From Candidatus Sericytochromatia bacterium (GTDB lineage Bacteria; Cyanobacteriota; Sericytochromatia; S15B-MN24; UBA4093): a stretch of 64,000 nucleotides of DNA. The notes below the pieces were generated by a model that was not told where the DNA came from, did not search any database, and saw nothing but the letters and a program-made list of their open reading frames with translations. Position numbers and translations under genes: made by a program. The stretch covers positions 261,510-325,509 of the forward strand of contig JAKFBU010000023.1 of the NCBI GenBank assembly GCA_036676985.1. Direction: 5' to 3'. Of this stretch, positions 29,811 to 38,949 are shown one piece after another. Numbering within the stretch: the first letter of the stretch is position 1; each line of letters opens with the position of its first letter.

Positions 29811-30557
29811 TTAGCGGCGCTTTTCGGGCAGGATGGCGTCTCCCAGGAGATGCCGGATGCCCTCCGAGGCCACGAAGAAGCCGAAGGTTCCCGGCATGTA
29901 GCTGATGGTACCGTTGACGGTCTTCTGCGGGCCCGCTCCGGGCACCCACTCGCGCTCGATATGCGGAAGCGTCGGCTCGTCGGAGAAGACGGCCCGGACG
30001 CCTCGCTTGAGGCCGTTCTTGCGGGCCATCTTGCGCAGGGCCGTGGCCAAGGGGCAGCCGTGGGTGTCGAAGAGGTCGGCGACCTTGATGTAGGTCGGGT
30101 TCACCCGCGCGCCGGCGCCCATGCTCGAGACGGCGAAGATCCCGCGCTCCTGGGCGGCCAGCAGGAGGCCCACCTTGGAGCTGAGGGCGTCGATGCAGTC
30201 CAGGACGACGTCCACGTCCTCGGGCAGGTACCGCGCGACGTCCTGGGGGCTCAGGCGCTCGTTGATGAGCTCCAGCTCGATGTCCGGGTTGATGTCCCGC
30301 AGGCGCTCGGCCATGACCTCCACCTTGGGGCGACCGACGGTGGAGGTGAGGGCGACCACCTGGCGGTTGCAGTTCGAGGGGGCCACCACGTCGAAGTCGA
30401 TGAGCGTCAGCTTGCCCACGCCCGCGCGGCCCAGGGCCTCGACGCACGAGCCGCCCACGCCGCCCACGCCGGCCACCAGCACGTGCGACTTCCTCAAGCG
30501 CTCCAGGCCGTTGTCGGCCACCAAGATCCGCGTCCGCTCCGCCAGTTCGATTCGCAT
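29811..30557 (-). CDS. tcdA: tRNA threonylcarbamoyladenosine dehydratase (ThiF family)
   Basis: GVGGVGG, SNCNRQ, SSMGAG, CPLA, GTISYMP. Confidence 0.9.
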   Translation of the reverse strand: MRIELAERTRILVADNGLERLRKSHVLVAGVGGVGGSCVEALGRAGVGKLTLIDFDVVAPSNCNRQVVALTSTVGRPKVEVMAERLRDINPDIELELINERLSPQDVARYLPEDVDVVLDCIDALSSKVGLLLAAQERGIFAVSSMGAGARVNPTYIKVADLFDTHGCPLATALRKMARKNGLKRGVRAVFSDEPTLPHIEREWVPGAGPQKTVNGTISYMPGTFGFFVASEGIRHLLGDAILPEKRR

Positions 30558-30566
30558 GTCTTCCTT

Positions 30567-31316
30567 TTAGTCCTTCAACCGAAACACCGCCCGTCCGTTC
30601 GCGTCGGAACAGGCCAACACCGATGCGGGCTCCTCGCCCCTGAGGCGCGCCACGACTCGGGCGATCGCCTCGATCTCTCGCGGCTCGTTGCGCTCGCCGC
30701 GACGCCACTCGGGCGACAGGTCGGGCGCGTCGGTCTCGAGCACGTAGCCGTCCGCCGGACACCGCGCCACGGCGCCCTGTAGTTTGCGCGCGGTCGGCCA
30801 GGTCGCGATCCCCCCGATCCCGAGCTTGAAGCCCAGGTCCAGGTACCGCCGCGCGAGCTCCCAAGGCCCCGCGAAGGCATGCACGACCCCCGTCAGGCCC
30901 GGCCGCGCCTTCAAGAGCGCGATCAGGTCCTCGTGCGCGTGGACCACGTGCAGGATGACGGGCAGCCCGTACGCCAGGGCGAGATCCAGCTGTGCGGCAC
31001 AGAGGGCCTCCGAGTCCGCGTGGCGACGGCGCTTGTCGAGCCCCGTCTCCCCGATGGCCACGAACTCGCCGCTCGCCACGGCGCGCGCGAGGCGCTCCAG
31101 GGCATCCGGCGGGTGATCGTAGAAAGGGTGCAGGCCCGCCGCACGATGCAGACGCAACCCGTGCGCCGACACCGGAGCTCGCTCGAACCACTCGACGCCC
31201 ACGCCCGGCAGCACGAGCTCGCCGACGCCGGCTTCCAGCGCGCGGGCGGCGACGTCCGCGCGATCGGCGTCGAACTCCGGCGCATCGAAGTGGCAGTGCG
31301 AATCGAGGTGGCCCAT
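30567..31316 (-). CDS. tatD: TatD family DNase
   Basis: DSHCH, GLHP, IGETGLD, ETDAPD, RNEP. Confidence 0.92.
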   Translation of the reverse strand: MGHLDSHCHFDAPEFDADRADVAARALEAGVGELVLPGVGVEWFERAPVSAHGLRLHRAAGLHPFYDHPPDALERLARAVASGEFVAIGETGLDKRRRHADSEALCAAQLDLALAYGLPVILHVVHAHEDLIALLKARPGLTGVVHAFAGPWELARRYLDLGFKLGIGGIATWPTARKLQGAVARCPADGYVLETDAPDLSPEWRRGERNEPREIEAIARVVARLRGEEPASVLACSDANGRAVFRLKD

Positions 31317-31358
31317 GGGGCTTCATCGTACCGAAACCAGGGCGTTTCGTCACGCGCC

Positions 31359-31388
31359 AAACAAACGGCCCCGGCGAGGCCGGGGCCG
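31359..31388 (-). terminator. Intrinsic terminator of the small minus-strand operon
   Basis: CGGCCCCGGC-GAG-GCCGGGGCCG followed by TTTGTTT on the minus strand. Confidence 0.7.
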
Positions 31389-31392
31389 GGGC

Positions 31393-31713
31393 TCAGCCCG
31401 TGCGGGGAACCGGTCGTGCCGGACGCTCCGCCTTGCGATAGTGGGCGCAGATGGGATCGGCGGGCTGCCTAGGCTCGATCGAGCAGGGGAGCACGTGCTT
31501 CACCTGGGCCCGCTTGTGCGGCTGCTGGAAGAAGTGGCAGTCCTTGCAGCACTTGCGCGGCTTGTAGGAGTCACAGGCGCGGTACTGGGGCCGCTGATCC
31601 AGGCATGGCAGGTCGTCCATGCTGCCGTTGGGCATGAGGCCTAGCTCGCCGCGCGGGGACACCACGAGGTACTGGCAGCCGCTACAGGTCTTCTCGCCCT
31701 CGCGGGCGACCAG
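31393..31713 (-). CDS. Small Cys-rich protein with two CxxC...C...C units; start uncertain
   Basis: Frame is open upstream of GTG 31665 and encodes KTCSGCQY; CTG at 31713 taken as tentative start. Confidence 0.6.
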   Translation of the reverse strand: MVAREGEKTCSGCQYLVVSPRGELGLMPNGSMDDLPCLDQRPQYRACDSYKPRKCCKDCHFFQQPHKRAQVKHVLPCSIEPRQPADPICAHYRKAERPARPVPRTG

Positions 31714-31714
31714 G

Positions 31715-31954
31715 TCAAGCCGTAATAGCGACTTTGCCCGGCCTTTTCGACTGTGGCGAGGCCTTCTTCTCCTTTCCCTCCGCCTTGAGGAGATCTACGA
31801 TCTCCTGGGCCTTCTGGGCCACCAGCGACAGATCGGCCCTGGGCGCCTGGGCGGCCAGCTTGCGGATCTTGTCGAGCCGGGGCTTGATCGCCTTGGCCAT
31901 GACCGGGCCGAGATCATGCTCCAGCCCGTCCAACTCTTGCAACAGCTCGTTCAT
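31715..31954 (-). CDS. 79-aa helical hypothetical protein
   Basis: AAGGAGGTG RBS just before ATG; GC-rich third codon positions. Confidence 0.75.
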   Translation of the reverse strand: MNELLQELDGLEHDLGPVMAKAIKPRLDKIRKLAAQAPRADLSLVAQKAQEIVDLLKAEGKEKKASPQSKRPGKVAITA

Positions 31955-31967
31955 GCCTCACCTCCTT

Positions 31968-31979
31968 GAACATATGTTC
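31968..31979. promoter_or_regulatory. LexA (SOS) box, GAAC-N4-GTTC type
   Basis: Perfect palindrome GAACATATGTTC abutting the RBS of the 79-aa gene. Confidence 0.7.
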
Positions 31980-32052
31980 TATACCCGGCAACTCCGGCGT
32001 TAAACGGCGTCCGGTCCCCCTTTCCCGGCTGCTCGTGATACCCTGGTGAGCT

Positions 32053-33210
32053 ATGACGACTACGACCATGTCCGATCCCATCTACCTCGACTACAACGCG
32101 AGCGCCCCCCTGGACCCCGACGTGCTGGAGGCCATGCGGCCGTTCCTGGAGACCGCCTTCGGCAACAGCCGCAGCTCCCACGCCCACGGTCAGCGCCTCA
32201 AGGCCGCCATCGGCCACGCGCGAGAGCAGGTCGCGCACATGCTCGGCTGCGAGCCCGACGAGCTGATCTTCACCTCGGGCGGCAGCGAGGCCAACAACCT
32301 GGCCCTCAAGGGCCTCGCGTGGGCCTACCCGGAGCGGCGCCACCTCGTCGTCTCGAGCATCGAGCACTACTCGGTGGCCTACGCCGCGGACTTCCTCGCG
32401 ACCCAGGGCCGTGAGGTCACGGTGGTGGGCGTCGATCGCCAGGGTCGGGTGGATCCCGACGCGGTGGCAGCGGCCCTCCGGCCGGACACGCTCGTGGTCA
32501 GCATCCAACATGCCAACAACGAGATCGGCACGGTGCAGGACATCCCGGCGATCGCCCGGCGCGCTCGCGCCGCGGGCACGCTCATGCACTGCGACGCCGC
32601 CCAGAGCATCGGCAAGCTGACCGTGCGGGTGACCGACCTGGAGGTCGACCTGCTCACGCTCGCGGGCCACAAGTTCGGCGGACCGCAGGGCATCGGGGCC
32701 CTGTACCGGCGGCGCGGCGTGGAGCTCGTGCCGCTCATCCACGGGGCGGGCCACGAGGATGGGCTGCGCTCGGGCACCCACAGCGCGGCCCTCATCGTCG
32801 GACTCGGCAAGGCTTGCGAGCTGGTCTGCGAGCGCCTCGCGGACGACAGCCGGCGCATGCGGAGCCTGCACGATCGCCTCTACGCCAGGCTAAAGGCTGG
32901 CATCCCGGGTCTCGTCCTGAACGGCGATCCGGAAAACCGCCTTCCCCACACCCTCAACATCTCGTTTCCGGGGATCTTCGGCGGGGACCTCCTGGCCCGC
33001 ACGCCGGAAGTCGCGGCCACCACGGGGGCTGCCTGCCACTCGGGCATCAACGAGCCCTCCTTGACCTTGAAGGCCGTAGGGGCCCCTCGGGACGTGGGCC
33101 TCGGCGCCGTGCGGTTGAGCCTCGGGCGTCGGACCACCGACCATGAGATCGATCGTGCGGCCGACGCGCTGCTCGCCGCCTACCAGACTCTCATGCCGGA
33201 GGCTCGATGA
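32053..33210 (+). CDS. Cysteine desulfurase, IscS/NifS group
   Basis: YLDYNAS, FTSGGSEANN, HANNEIGT, GHKFGGPQG, GAACHSG. Confidence 0.92.
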   Translation: MTTTTMSDPIYLDYNASAPLDPDVLEAMRPFLETAFGNSRSSHAHGQRLKAAIGHAREQVAHMLGCEPDELIFTSGGSEANNLALKGLAWAYPERRHLVVSSIEHYSVAYAADFLATQGREVTVVGVDRQGRVDPDAVAAALRPDTLVVSIQHANNEIGTVQDIPAIARRARAAGTLMHCDAAQSIGKLTVRVTDLEVDLLTLAGHKFGGPQGIGALYRRRGVELVPLIHGAGHEDGLRSGTHSAALIVGLGKACELVCERLADDSRRMRSLHDRLYARLKAGIPGLVLNGDPENRLPHTLNISFPGIFGGDLLARTPEVAATTGAACHSGINEPSLTLKAVGAPRDVGLGAVRLSLGRRTTDHEIDRAADALLAAYQTLMPEAR

Positions 33211-34451
33211 GCCGGACGGCTGAAGCCCCCCGTCCCAGCCTCCTGAAGGTCCTGCGGCCGGGGCCGTTCCGGCGCTACATGGGAGCGGAGGTCGTCTCGA
33301 CCACCGGGACGTGGATGCAGGTCATGGCCCAGAGCTGGGTCATGACGGGCCTCACGCAGTCGGCCTTCATGCTGGGGCTCGTCAACTTCGCCTCCGGCGT
33401 GCCCATGCTCCTGCTCACCATCATCGGGGGCAGCGTCGCGGACCGCCACGACAAGCGCCGGATCCTGGCCTTCACGCTGGTGGGGCACCTGCTGCTCGCG
33501 CTGCTCATGGCCTTCCTGGTGGCCACGGGCCACATCGCCCTCTGGCACGTCATCGGGATCGCCGTCCTCATGGGCGTCGTCAACTCCTTCGAGATGCCTG
33601 CCGTCTCGGCGCTCGTGCCCGAGCTGGTGGAGAAAGCGGAGATCGCCGATGCCATCGCCATCGACCGCTCCGCCTTTCACGCCACGCGCCTGGTGGGGCC
33701 TGCGCTCGCGGGCGCGCTCATCGGGCTGTGGGGAAGTGCCGCGGCCTTTCTCGCCAACGCCCTGAGCTTCCTGCCGCTGCTGGCCATCCTGCCCAGCCTC
33801 AAGCCCCGGCATGTGGAGCACCCCGAGGACAGCTCGGAGCGCCGCGGCAGCATCAAGGAAGGGCTCGCCTACGTCCGCTCGGATCGGCCCACCATGGCCA
33901 TGATCGGCCTCTTGTCGATGACGACCCTCTTCGTTTTCCCCATGATGCTCGTGCTCATGCCGCTTTTCGCCCGCTTCGAGCTCGGCCTGCCCGCGAGCGG
34001 CCTCGGCCTCATGATGGGCGTGGCCGGCGTGGGCTCCCTGACGGGCTCCATCGGCCTCCTGGCCGTCCCGCGCGATCAGCGCCTGCGCGGGCTGTCCGTG
34101 GCCGCGGCCGGGGTCGTCGTGGCGCTCGGCGGCCTCGCCTTCGCTCGCACCCTCTGGGTGGCCCTCCCGTCCCTCGCCGTCATCTCCGTGGGGCTCTCGA
34201 CCATGTTCGGGCTCGCCAACACCACCATCCAGGAGCGGGCGCCGGACCACATGCGCGGACGGGTATCCGCCGTCTCGAGCCTCAGCTTCTTCGGGCTGCA
34301 GCCCTTTGCCGCCCTGGGACTGTCGAGCGTCTCGGATGCCATCGGCATGCGGCCGGCGATCGCGGCCTCGGCGGTCGCCTTCGCCCTGGGTGCGGGCTAC
34401 ATGCTTCTGGGGCCGGGCCGTTCCGGCTCCGCCTCGATCCCCAACGACTAA
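33207..34451 (+). CDS. MFS transporter
   Basis: About 12 hydrophobic segments; GSVADRHDKRR motif A; MRGRVSA. Confidence 0.9.
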   Translation: MSRTAEAPRPSLLKVLRPGPFRRYMGAEVVSTTGTWMQVMAQSWVMTGLTQSAFMLGLVNFASGVPMLLLTIIGGSVADRHDKRRILAFTLVGHLLLALLMAFLVATGHIALWHVIGIAVLMGVVNSFEMPAVSALVPELVEKAEIADAIAIDRSAFHATRLVGPALAGALIGLWGSAAAFLANALSFLPLLAILPSLKPRHVEHPEDSSERRGSIKEGLAYVRSDRPTMAMIGLLSMTTLFVFPMMLVLMPLFARFELGLPASGLGLMMGVAGVGSLTGSIGLLAVPRDQRLRGLSVAAAGVVVALGGLAFARTLWVALPSLAVISVGLSTMFGLANTTIQERAPDHMRGRVSAVSSLSFFGLQPFAALGLSSVSDAIGMRPAIAASAVAFALGAGYMLLGPGRSGSASIPND

Positions 34452-34906
34452 CGACGGGCCTTCTCACGATCCGGCGCCATGGTTACCCGCAGGGCGTGCG
34501 CGGCGTGCAGCTTGCGGCTGCGCCAGGCCGTGTAGCCGGCCGCCAAGAAGAGCACGCTCGCGGCCGCCGCCAGGTACAGGCCCAGCCACGCGAACGCGCT
34601 CGCGGGCGCGGCGATCACCCGCAAGCCGAGCGAAAAGGCGTAGTTGCAGAGGGCCGCGATCCGCAGGACCACCGAGGCTGTCGCGAGCTTGAGCTCCGCG
34701 CTCCGGTCGGGCGGCTCGGAGCAGAGCCGCTCCCGCCCGAGCCCCACCAGGCCGCTCACCAGCCCCACCCCCAGCGCCCACTCGGAGAGACGCCACCAGG
34801 CCGGGTCCTGGGTGGCGACGAAGCACGCGTCGCTCACGAGCGCCGCGCCGAAGGCTGCCGCCGGAGGCAGCCACCACCACGCCGCGAAATGGGGTCGTCG
34901 GGCCAT
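34448..34906 (-). CDS. Small membrane protein, DUF2231-like (divergent)
   Basis: GAGGAGGAG RBS; about four hydrophobic segments. Confidence 0.5.
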   Translation of the reverse strand: MARRPHFAAWWWLPPAAAFGAALVSDACFVATQDPAWWRLSEWALGVGLVSGLVGLGRERLCSEPPDRSAELKLATASVVLRIAALCNYAFSLGLRVIAAPASAFAWLGLYLAAAASVLFLAAGYTAWRSRKLHAAHALRVTMAPDREKARR

Positions 34907-34995
34907 CGCTCCTCCTCTGCCGAGGCGAGTCTAGCCCCAACAGGGACCGGGCACAACGCCCCGTCCCTCGCCGGAAAACGGATGTCAGGGGTAGG

Positions 34996-35514
34996 CTAGA
35001 CGCCCTTGAACTGGCGCTCGGCCTGCTTGGCGGTCTTCTCGTCGAAGAGGCCGAGCTCGTAGAGCACGACCCGAAAGGTCAGGCGGACCTCCAACAGCTC
35101 CTCGATCAGCGCGCACAAGACGAGCAGCAAGCCGCAGACGAAGGTCCAGCGCGGCACGAGCTCCAGGCCCTTGAGGTTGAAGAAGTTGAAGGCCGCGATC
35201 TCGAACGACGTGAGGATGATGCAGGCCATGGCCGCGAACAGGAGGAAGATCGCGTCGCGCAGGTGGCGGGCCCGCCGGAAGATGAGGGCGATCTGGCGGT
35301 CCAGGCTCTTGATGCGCAGGGCATCGGCCGGCGTGAGCGGATCGTGGTCCTGGTACTCGCGACGCTCCGCGTTGAGGGCCCGCAGGCGGTCGATCAGGCC
35401 CGAGTACTTGGACTGGGCGTTGGACGTGAGGATGGCGCAAGCCGACAACGCCACGGCGGGCGCGAGGGCGGAGGCGATGAACGCCGTCGGATCCAGGGAA
35501 CGCAATGCACTCAC
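34996..35514 (-). CDS. DUF2721-like membrane protein
   Basis: ALAPAVALSACAIL...IDRLRAL...RRARHLRDAI pattern. Confidence 0.75.
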   Translation of the reverse strand: MSALRSLDPTAFIASALAPAVALSACAILTSNAQSKYSGLIDRLRALNAERREYQDHDPLTPADALRIKSLDRQIALIFRRARHLRDAIFLLFAAMACIILTSFEIAAFNFFNLKGLELVPRWTFVCGLLLVLCALIEELLEVRLTFRVVLYELGLFDEKTAKQAERQFKGV

Positions 35515-35624
35515 GCCCCCATACTAGGCGAACTCCCGCTCGGATGCAAGGTTCTACCCCGATCGGCCTTTCGGCATGGCCGAACTCATGGTGCAATGGA
35601 AGGTCGCGCAGTGAAAGGAGCCCC

Positions 35625-35942
35625 ATGGACGTCAAACGCTTGCAGGACTTCGAGACCTTCTCGGCCGAGAAGATGGCCAAGAACGCGCTCTTCAACTCCC
35701 GCCACCTGTTCTTCGATCTGTATTGCCTCCAGCCCGGACAGGCCCAGAAGGTCCACGCGCACGGCGGATCCGACAAGGTCTACCTGGTCATGAAGGGAGC
35801 CCCGACCTTGACGCTCGGGAGCGACGAGCGCGTGCTCGCCCCCGGCGAGGCCGTGATGGCGCCCGAGGGAGTGCCCCACGGAGTCCGCAACGACGGGCCC
35901 GACGACGCCGTGCTGCTCGTGACCATGGCGCCCAAGCCCTGA
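35625..35942 (+). CDS. Cupin domain protein
   Basis: AAGGAG RBS, ATG 35625; PGQAQKVHAH, PEGVPHGVRN. Confidence 0.85.
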   Translation: MDVKRLQDFETFSAEKMAKNALFNSRHLFFDLYCLQPGQAQKVHAHGGSDKVYLVMKGAPTLTLGSDERVLAPGEAVMAPEGVPHGVRNDGPDDAVLLVTMAPKP

Positions 35943-36095
35943 GTTTCCAAAAATAATACGCAACTTTAACGCGCAAAGGCCCGATAAGATCCTATGACCT
36001 TAACTCGCGGTTAAGTCCGCACGAGGTCCCGGTAAAAAACGACTCATTGGCACGGGCCAACCAGGGATAACCGAGACTGCTGGAAAGGATCTTCC

Positions 36096-37190
36096 ATGGC
36101 AATCCGAAACCCGCTCGCGCACCTCTTCATCACGGCCCTCGCCGGATTGAGCCTGCTCTCGGGCTGCGGCACCTCGCCGGTCGCCACGCTGCCCCAAGCT
36201 GACCTCGTCGACCGCAGCGCGCTCGCGGCCAGCAACAAGGAAAGCGGCCTGTCGCTGGTCGTCATGCCGGAGGCGGGCCCCGACTTCATCATCAAGGCCA
36301 TCAAGGGCGCCAAGAAATCGATCCTGCTCGAGATGTACCTGCTGACCTACAGCGGGATCACGCAGCAGATCACCGACGCCCTCATCGCCAAGCACAAGGC
36401 GGGCCTGGACGTCCGGATCATCCTCGAGAACCAGCCGTTCATCATGCCGACGCCGCCCAAGCCGGGCGAGATGCCGAAGCCGCCCATCAACGTCAACCGG
36501 GCGGCCTTCGAGGCCCTGACCAACGCTGGCGTGCGCGTCAAGCGCTCGAGCCCCCAGTTCGTCTTCACCCACCAGAAGTCCATGGTGATCGACGGCAAGG
36601 TCGGCTACATCATGACCATGAACTTCTCGAACGCCGCGTTCCAGAAGAACCGCGAGTACATCGTCATCGACGAGTCGCCCTCGGACGTCGACGAGCTGAT
36701 CCGCATCTTCGAGGCCGACTGGAGCGAGACGCCCATCGTGCCTAAGGATCCGGACCTGGTCGTCAGCCCCAACAACTCCAAGGAGCGCATCCTCACGCTC
36801 ATCAAGGGCGCCAAGAAGACCCTCCAGCTGCAGGTCGAGTTCATGGACGACCCCGACGTCATCCAGGCGCTCGCCGACCGCAAGAACGCCGGCGTGGACG
36901 TCTCGATCCAGCTCTCGTACCACAAGCCGGACCCCAAGTCGGGCTATGACAGCAACGGCATCATCAAGAAGAAGCTCGAGGATGTCGGCATCACCAACGT
37001 CAAGTTCATCAAGACCGTTGGCCTGCACTGCAAGCTCATCGTCACCGACAACTCCAAGGCCTATGTCGGCAGCGAGAACTTCACGACCAACTCCCTGACC
37101 CGCAACCGCGAGATGGGCATCATCATCAAGGACAAGGTCATCGTCAACAAGCTCTCCGAGATCGCGGCCAAGGACTGGGCCGCCAACTAG
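36096..37190 (+). CDS. Phospholipase D superfamily lipoprotein
   Basis: LSGC lipobox; HQKSMVID and HCKLIVTD HKD motifs; GSENFT, NREMG. Confidence 0.9.
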   Translation: MAIRNPLAHLFITALAGLSLLSGCGTSPVATLPQADLVDRSALAASNKESGLSLVVMPEAGPDFIIKAIKGAKKSILLEMYLLTYSGITQQITDALIAKHKAGLDVRIILENQPFIMPTPPKPGEMPKPPINVNRAAFEALTNAGVRVKRSSPQFVFTHQKSMVIDGKVGYIMTMNFSNAAFQKNREYIVIDESPSDVDELIRIFEADWSETPIVPKDPDLVVSPNNSKERILTLIKGAKKTLQLQVEFMDDPDVIQALADRKNAGVDVSIQLSYHKPDPKSGYDSNGIIKKKLEDVGITNVKFIKTVGLHCKLIVTDNSKAYVGSENFTTNSLTRNREMGIIIKDKVIVNKLSEIAAKDWAAN

Positions 37191-37199
37191 GACCTCGAC

Positions 37200-37958
37200 G
37201 TGACCCACCCGCTCACCGCCCCGTCGGATCGGCCGCTCGTCATCGGCCACCGCGGGGCGATGGCCATGGCGCCCGAGAACACGCTCGCAAGCTTCGAGGA
37301 GGCCTTTCGCCAGGGGGCCGACGGCGTGGAGTGCGACGTCCACCTGACCCGGGACGGGCAGGTGGTCGTCATGCACGACTTCACGCTCGATCGGACGTCG
37401 ACGGGGAAGGGAGCCATCGCCGACCACACCCTGGCCGACCTCGCGGGCCTCGACGCCGGGAGCTGGTACGACCCGCGCTTTTCGGGCGAGCCCGTGCCGA
37501 CGCTTGCGGCCTACCTTTCCCTAGTCGCCGCCGCGCCGCGCCGCCTGGCCGTCATCGAGCTCAAGGCCGGCTCGCGCCGGTACCCGGGCATGGAGCGGGC
37601 CGTCCTGGACGACGTGCGTCGGCACGACCTCCTGGAGCGGACGGTCCTCATCTCCTTCGACCACCACGCGATCCTCGAAGCCAAGCGATTGGAGCCCCGC
37701 CTCGCGGCGGGCGTGCTCTATTACGCCCAGCCCGTCTCGGCGCCCGACCTCGCCAGCGCGGCCCGGGCCGACGCCCTCGGCCCCAGCCTAGAGCTCGTGA
37801 CGGCCGAGGAGGTCGCCGCCGCCCACGCGGCGGGCCTCAAGGTCTTCGTATGGACGGCCCAGCGCCCCGAGCATGCCCGCCACCTGGCGCGGATCGGCGT
37901 CGACGCCTTCGGGGCCAACGCTCCGGGCGAGGCGATCGCTGCCCTGGTCGCTCGATAA
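37200..37958 (+). CDS. Glycerophosphodiester phosphodiesterase
   Basis: IGHRGA, PENT, ECDVHLTRDG, IELK. Confidence 0.92.
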   Translation: MTHPLTAPSDRPLVIGHRGAMAMAPENTLASFEEAFRQGADGVECDVHLTRDGQVVVMHDFTLDRTSTGKGAIADHTLADLAGLDAGSWYDPRFSGEPVPTLAAYLSLVAAAPRRLAVIELKAGSRRYPGMERAVLDDVRRHDLLERTVLISFDHHAILEAKRLEPRLAAGVLYYAQPVSAPDLASAARADALGPSLELVTAEEVAAAHAAGLKVFVWTAQRPEHARHLARIGVDAFGANAPGEAIAALVAR

Positions 37959-38136
37959 TCCGCCGATCGCCCGAAAGCGTCTCCCTGCGGCCCCCTCGTA
38001 GGCCGCGTCAGGATCTTTCGGTCAGGTTGCTCAAGCGCCCGGCTCCACCCATCGCTAGGCTAGGGAAGGACCCACCTCACAGCGAACAAGCCTAATCGAT
38101 GTACGCTCCCTTGGCCGAACCAAAGGAGGTACTACC

Positions 38137-38943
38137 GTGCGTCTTCCTTTTCGCATCCTGAGCGGTGTCATACTCGTCGGCCTGGCAGCCAGTTGCACCC
38201 GGCCCTCCACCCCGATCCCGGCGCCGGGGCAGATCACGCCGACCGGCGCTCCGGTTGGTGGGCCAAACCTCGTGCCCGAGCCGACCCCACGGGCCTTCAG
38301 CTCGCCGCCCCCCGTCAAGGGCGAAGCGCCTCCCTATCCCTACCAGTTGCCGCCCGCTCCCGAGGTCGGCCCCAACGAGATCGCGGGCCAAGTGCTCAGC
38401 CGCGGCACCCCCGCCGCGGGCATCCAGCTCACGGTCATGGGGGGCGGCCAGACGAACCGCGTCACCACCGACGCCCAGGGCGTCTACCGGATCAAGAACC
38501 TGAAGCCGGGCGACTATTATGCCCACTACTACAACGACAGCGACAACAACAAGGTGGGCTTCTGGAAGACCCAGACGCTCAAGGTCACCGACCAGCACGG
38601 CGCGGTCTTCCCCGCCTGGGACGTGTACCTGGTGGGCATGCAGAACACGCCGCGCCAGGGGGCGGCGGTCTCGTTCCCGTTCACGGCCGTGTTCGAGCCC
38701 TACCCGCTCGCCATCACCTACCGCTTCCGGATCCACGACCGGGGCGGTCCCGGCGGACAGGCCCTCTACATCTCCGAGCGGATCCCCGCCGAGGACGTCG
38801 ACCGGTTCCGGTTCTCGGGCACGGCCAACCAAGGCACGGGCGGCAGCCTCGGCGGCGGCATGTACCTGTGGGGCTATCAGTGGGATGCAGGCAAGGCCGG
38901 CGAAGGCGGCTGCCTCTTCCAGGACTTCGTCGTGGGGCGCTAG
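38137..38943 (+). CDS. Lipoprotein with Pro-rich linker and carboxypeptidase-regulatory-like domain
   Basis: AAGGAGGT RBS, AASC lipobox, TTDAQGVYRIKNLKPGDY. Confidence 0.75.
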   Translation: MRLPFRILSGVILVGLAASCTRPSTPIPAPGQITPTGAPVGGPNLVPEPTPRAFSSPPPVKGEAPPYPYQLPPAPEVGPNEIAGQVLSRGTPAAGIQLTVMGGGQTNRVTTDAQGVYRIKNLKPGDYYAHYYNDSDNNKVGFWKTQTLKVTDQHGAVFPAWDVYLVGMQNTPRQGAAVSFPFTAVFEPYPLAITYRFRIHDRGGPGGQALYISERIPAEDVDRFRFSGTANQGTGGSLGGGMYLWGYQWDAGKAGEGGCLFQDFVVGR

Positions 38944-38949
38944 GGGCGT

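Noticed and set aside
31705-31725. prfB-type programmed frameshift
   Set aside because: Site reads GCT TGA C rather than CTT TGA C and lacks the adjacent internal SD, so that specific mechanism is unsupported
36096-37190. PLD as an anti-phage defence nuclease
   Set aside because: Has a lipoprotein signal and metabolic neighbours; no helicase or methylase partners
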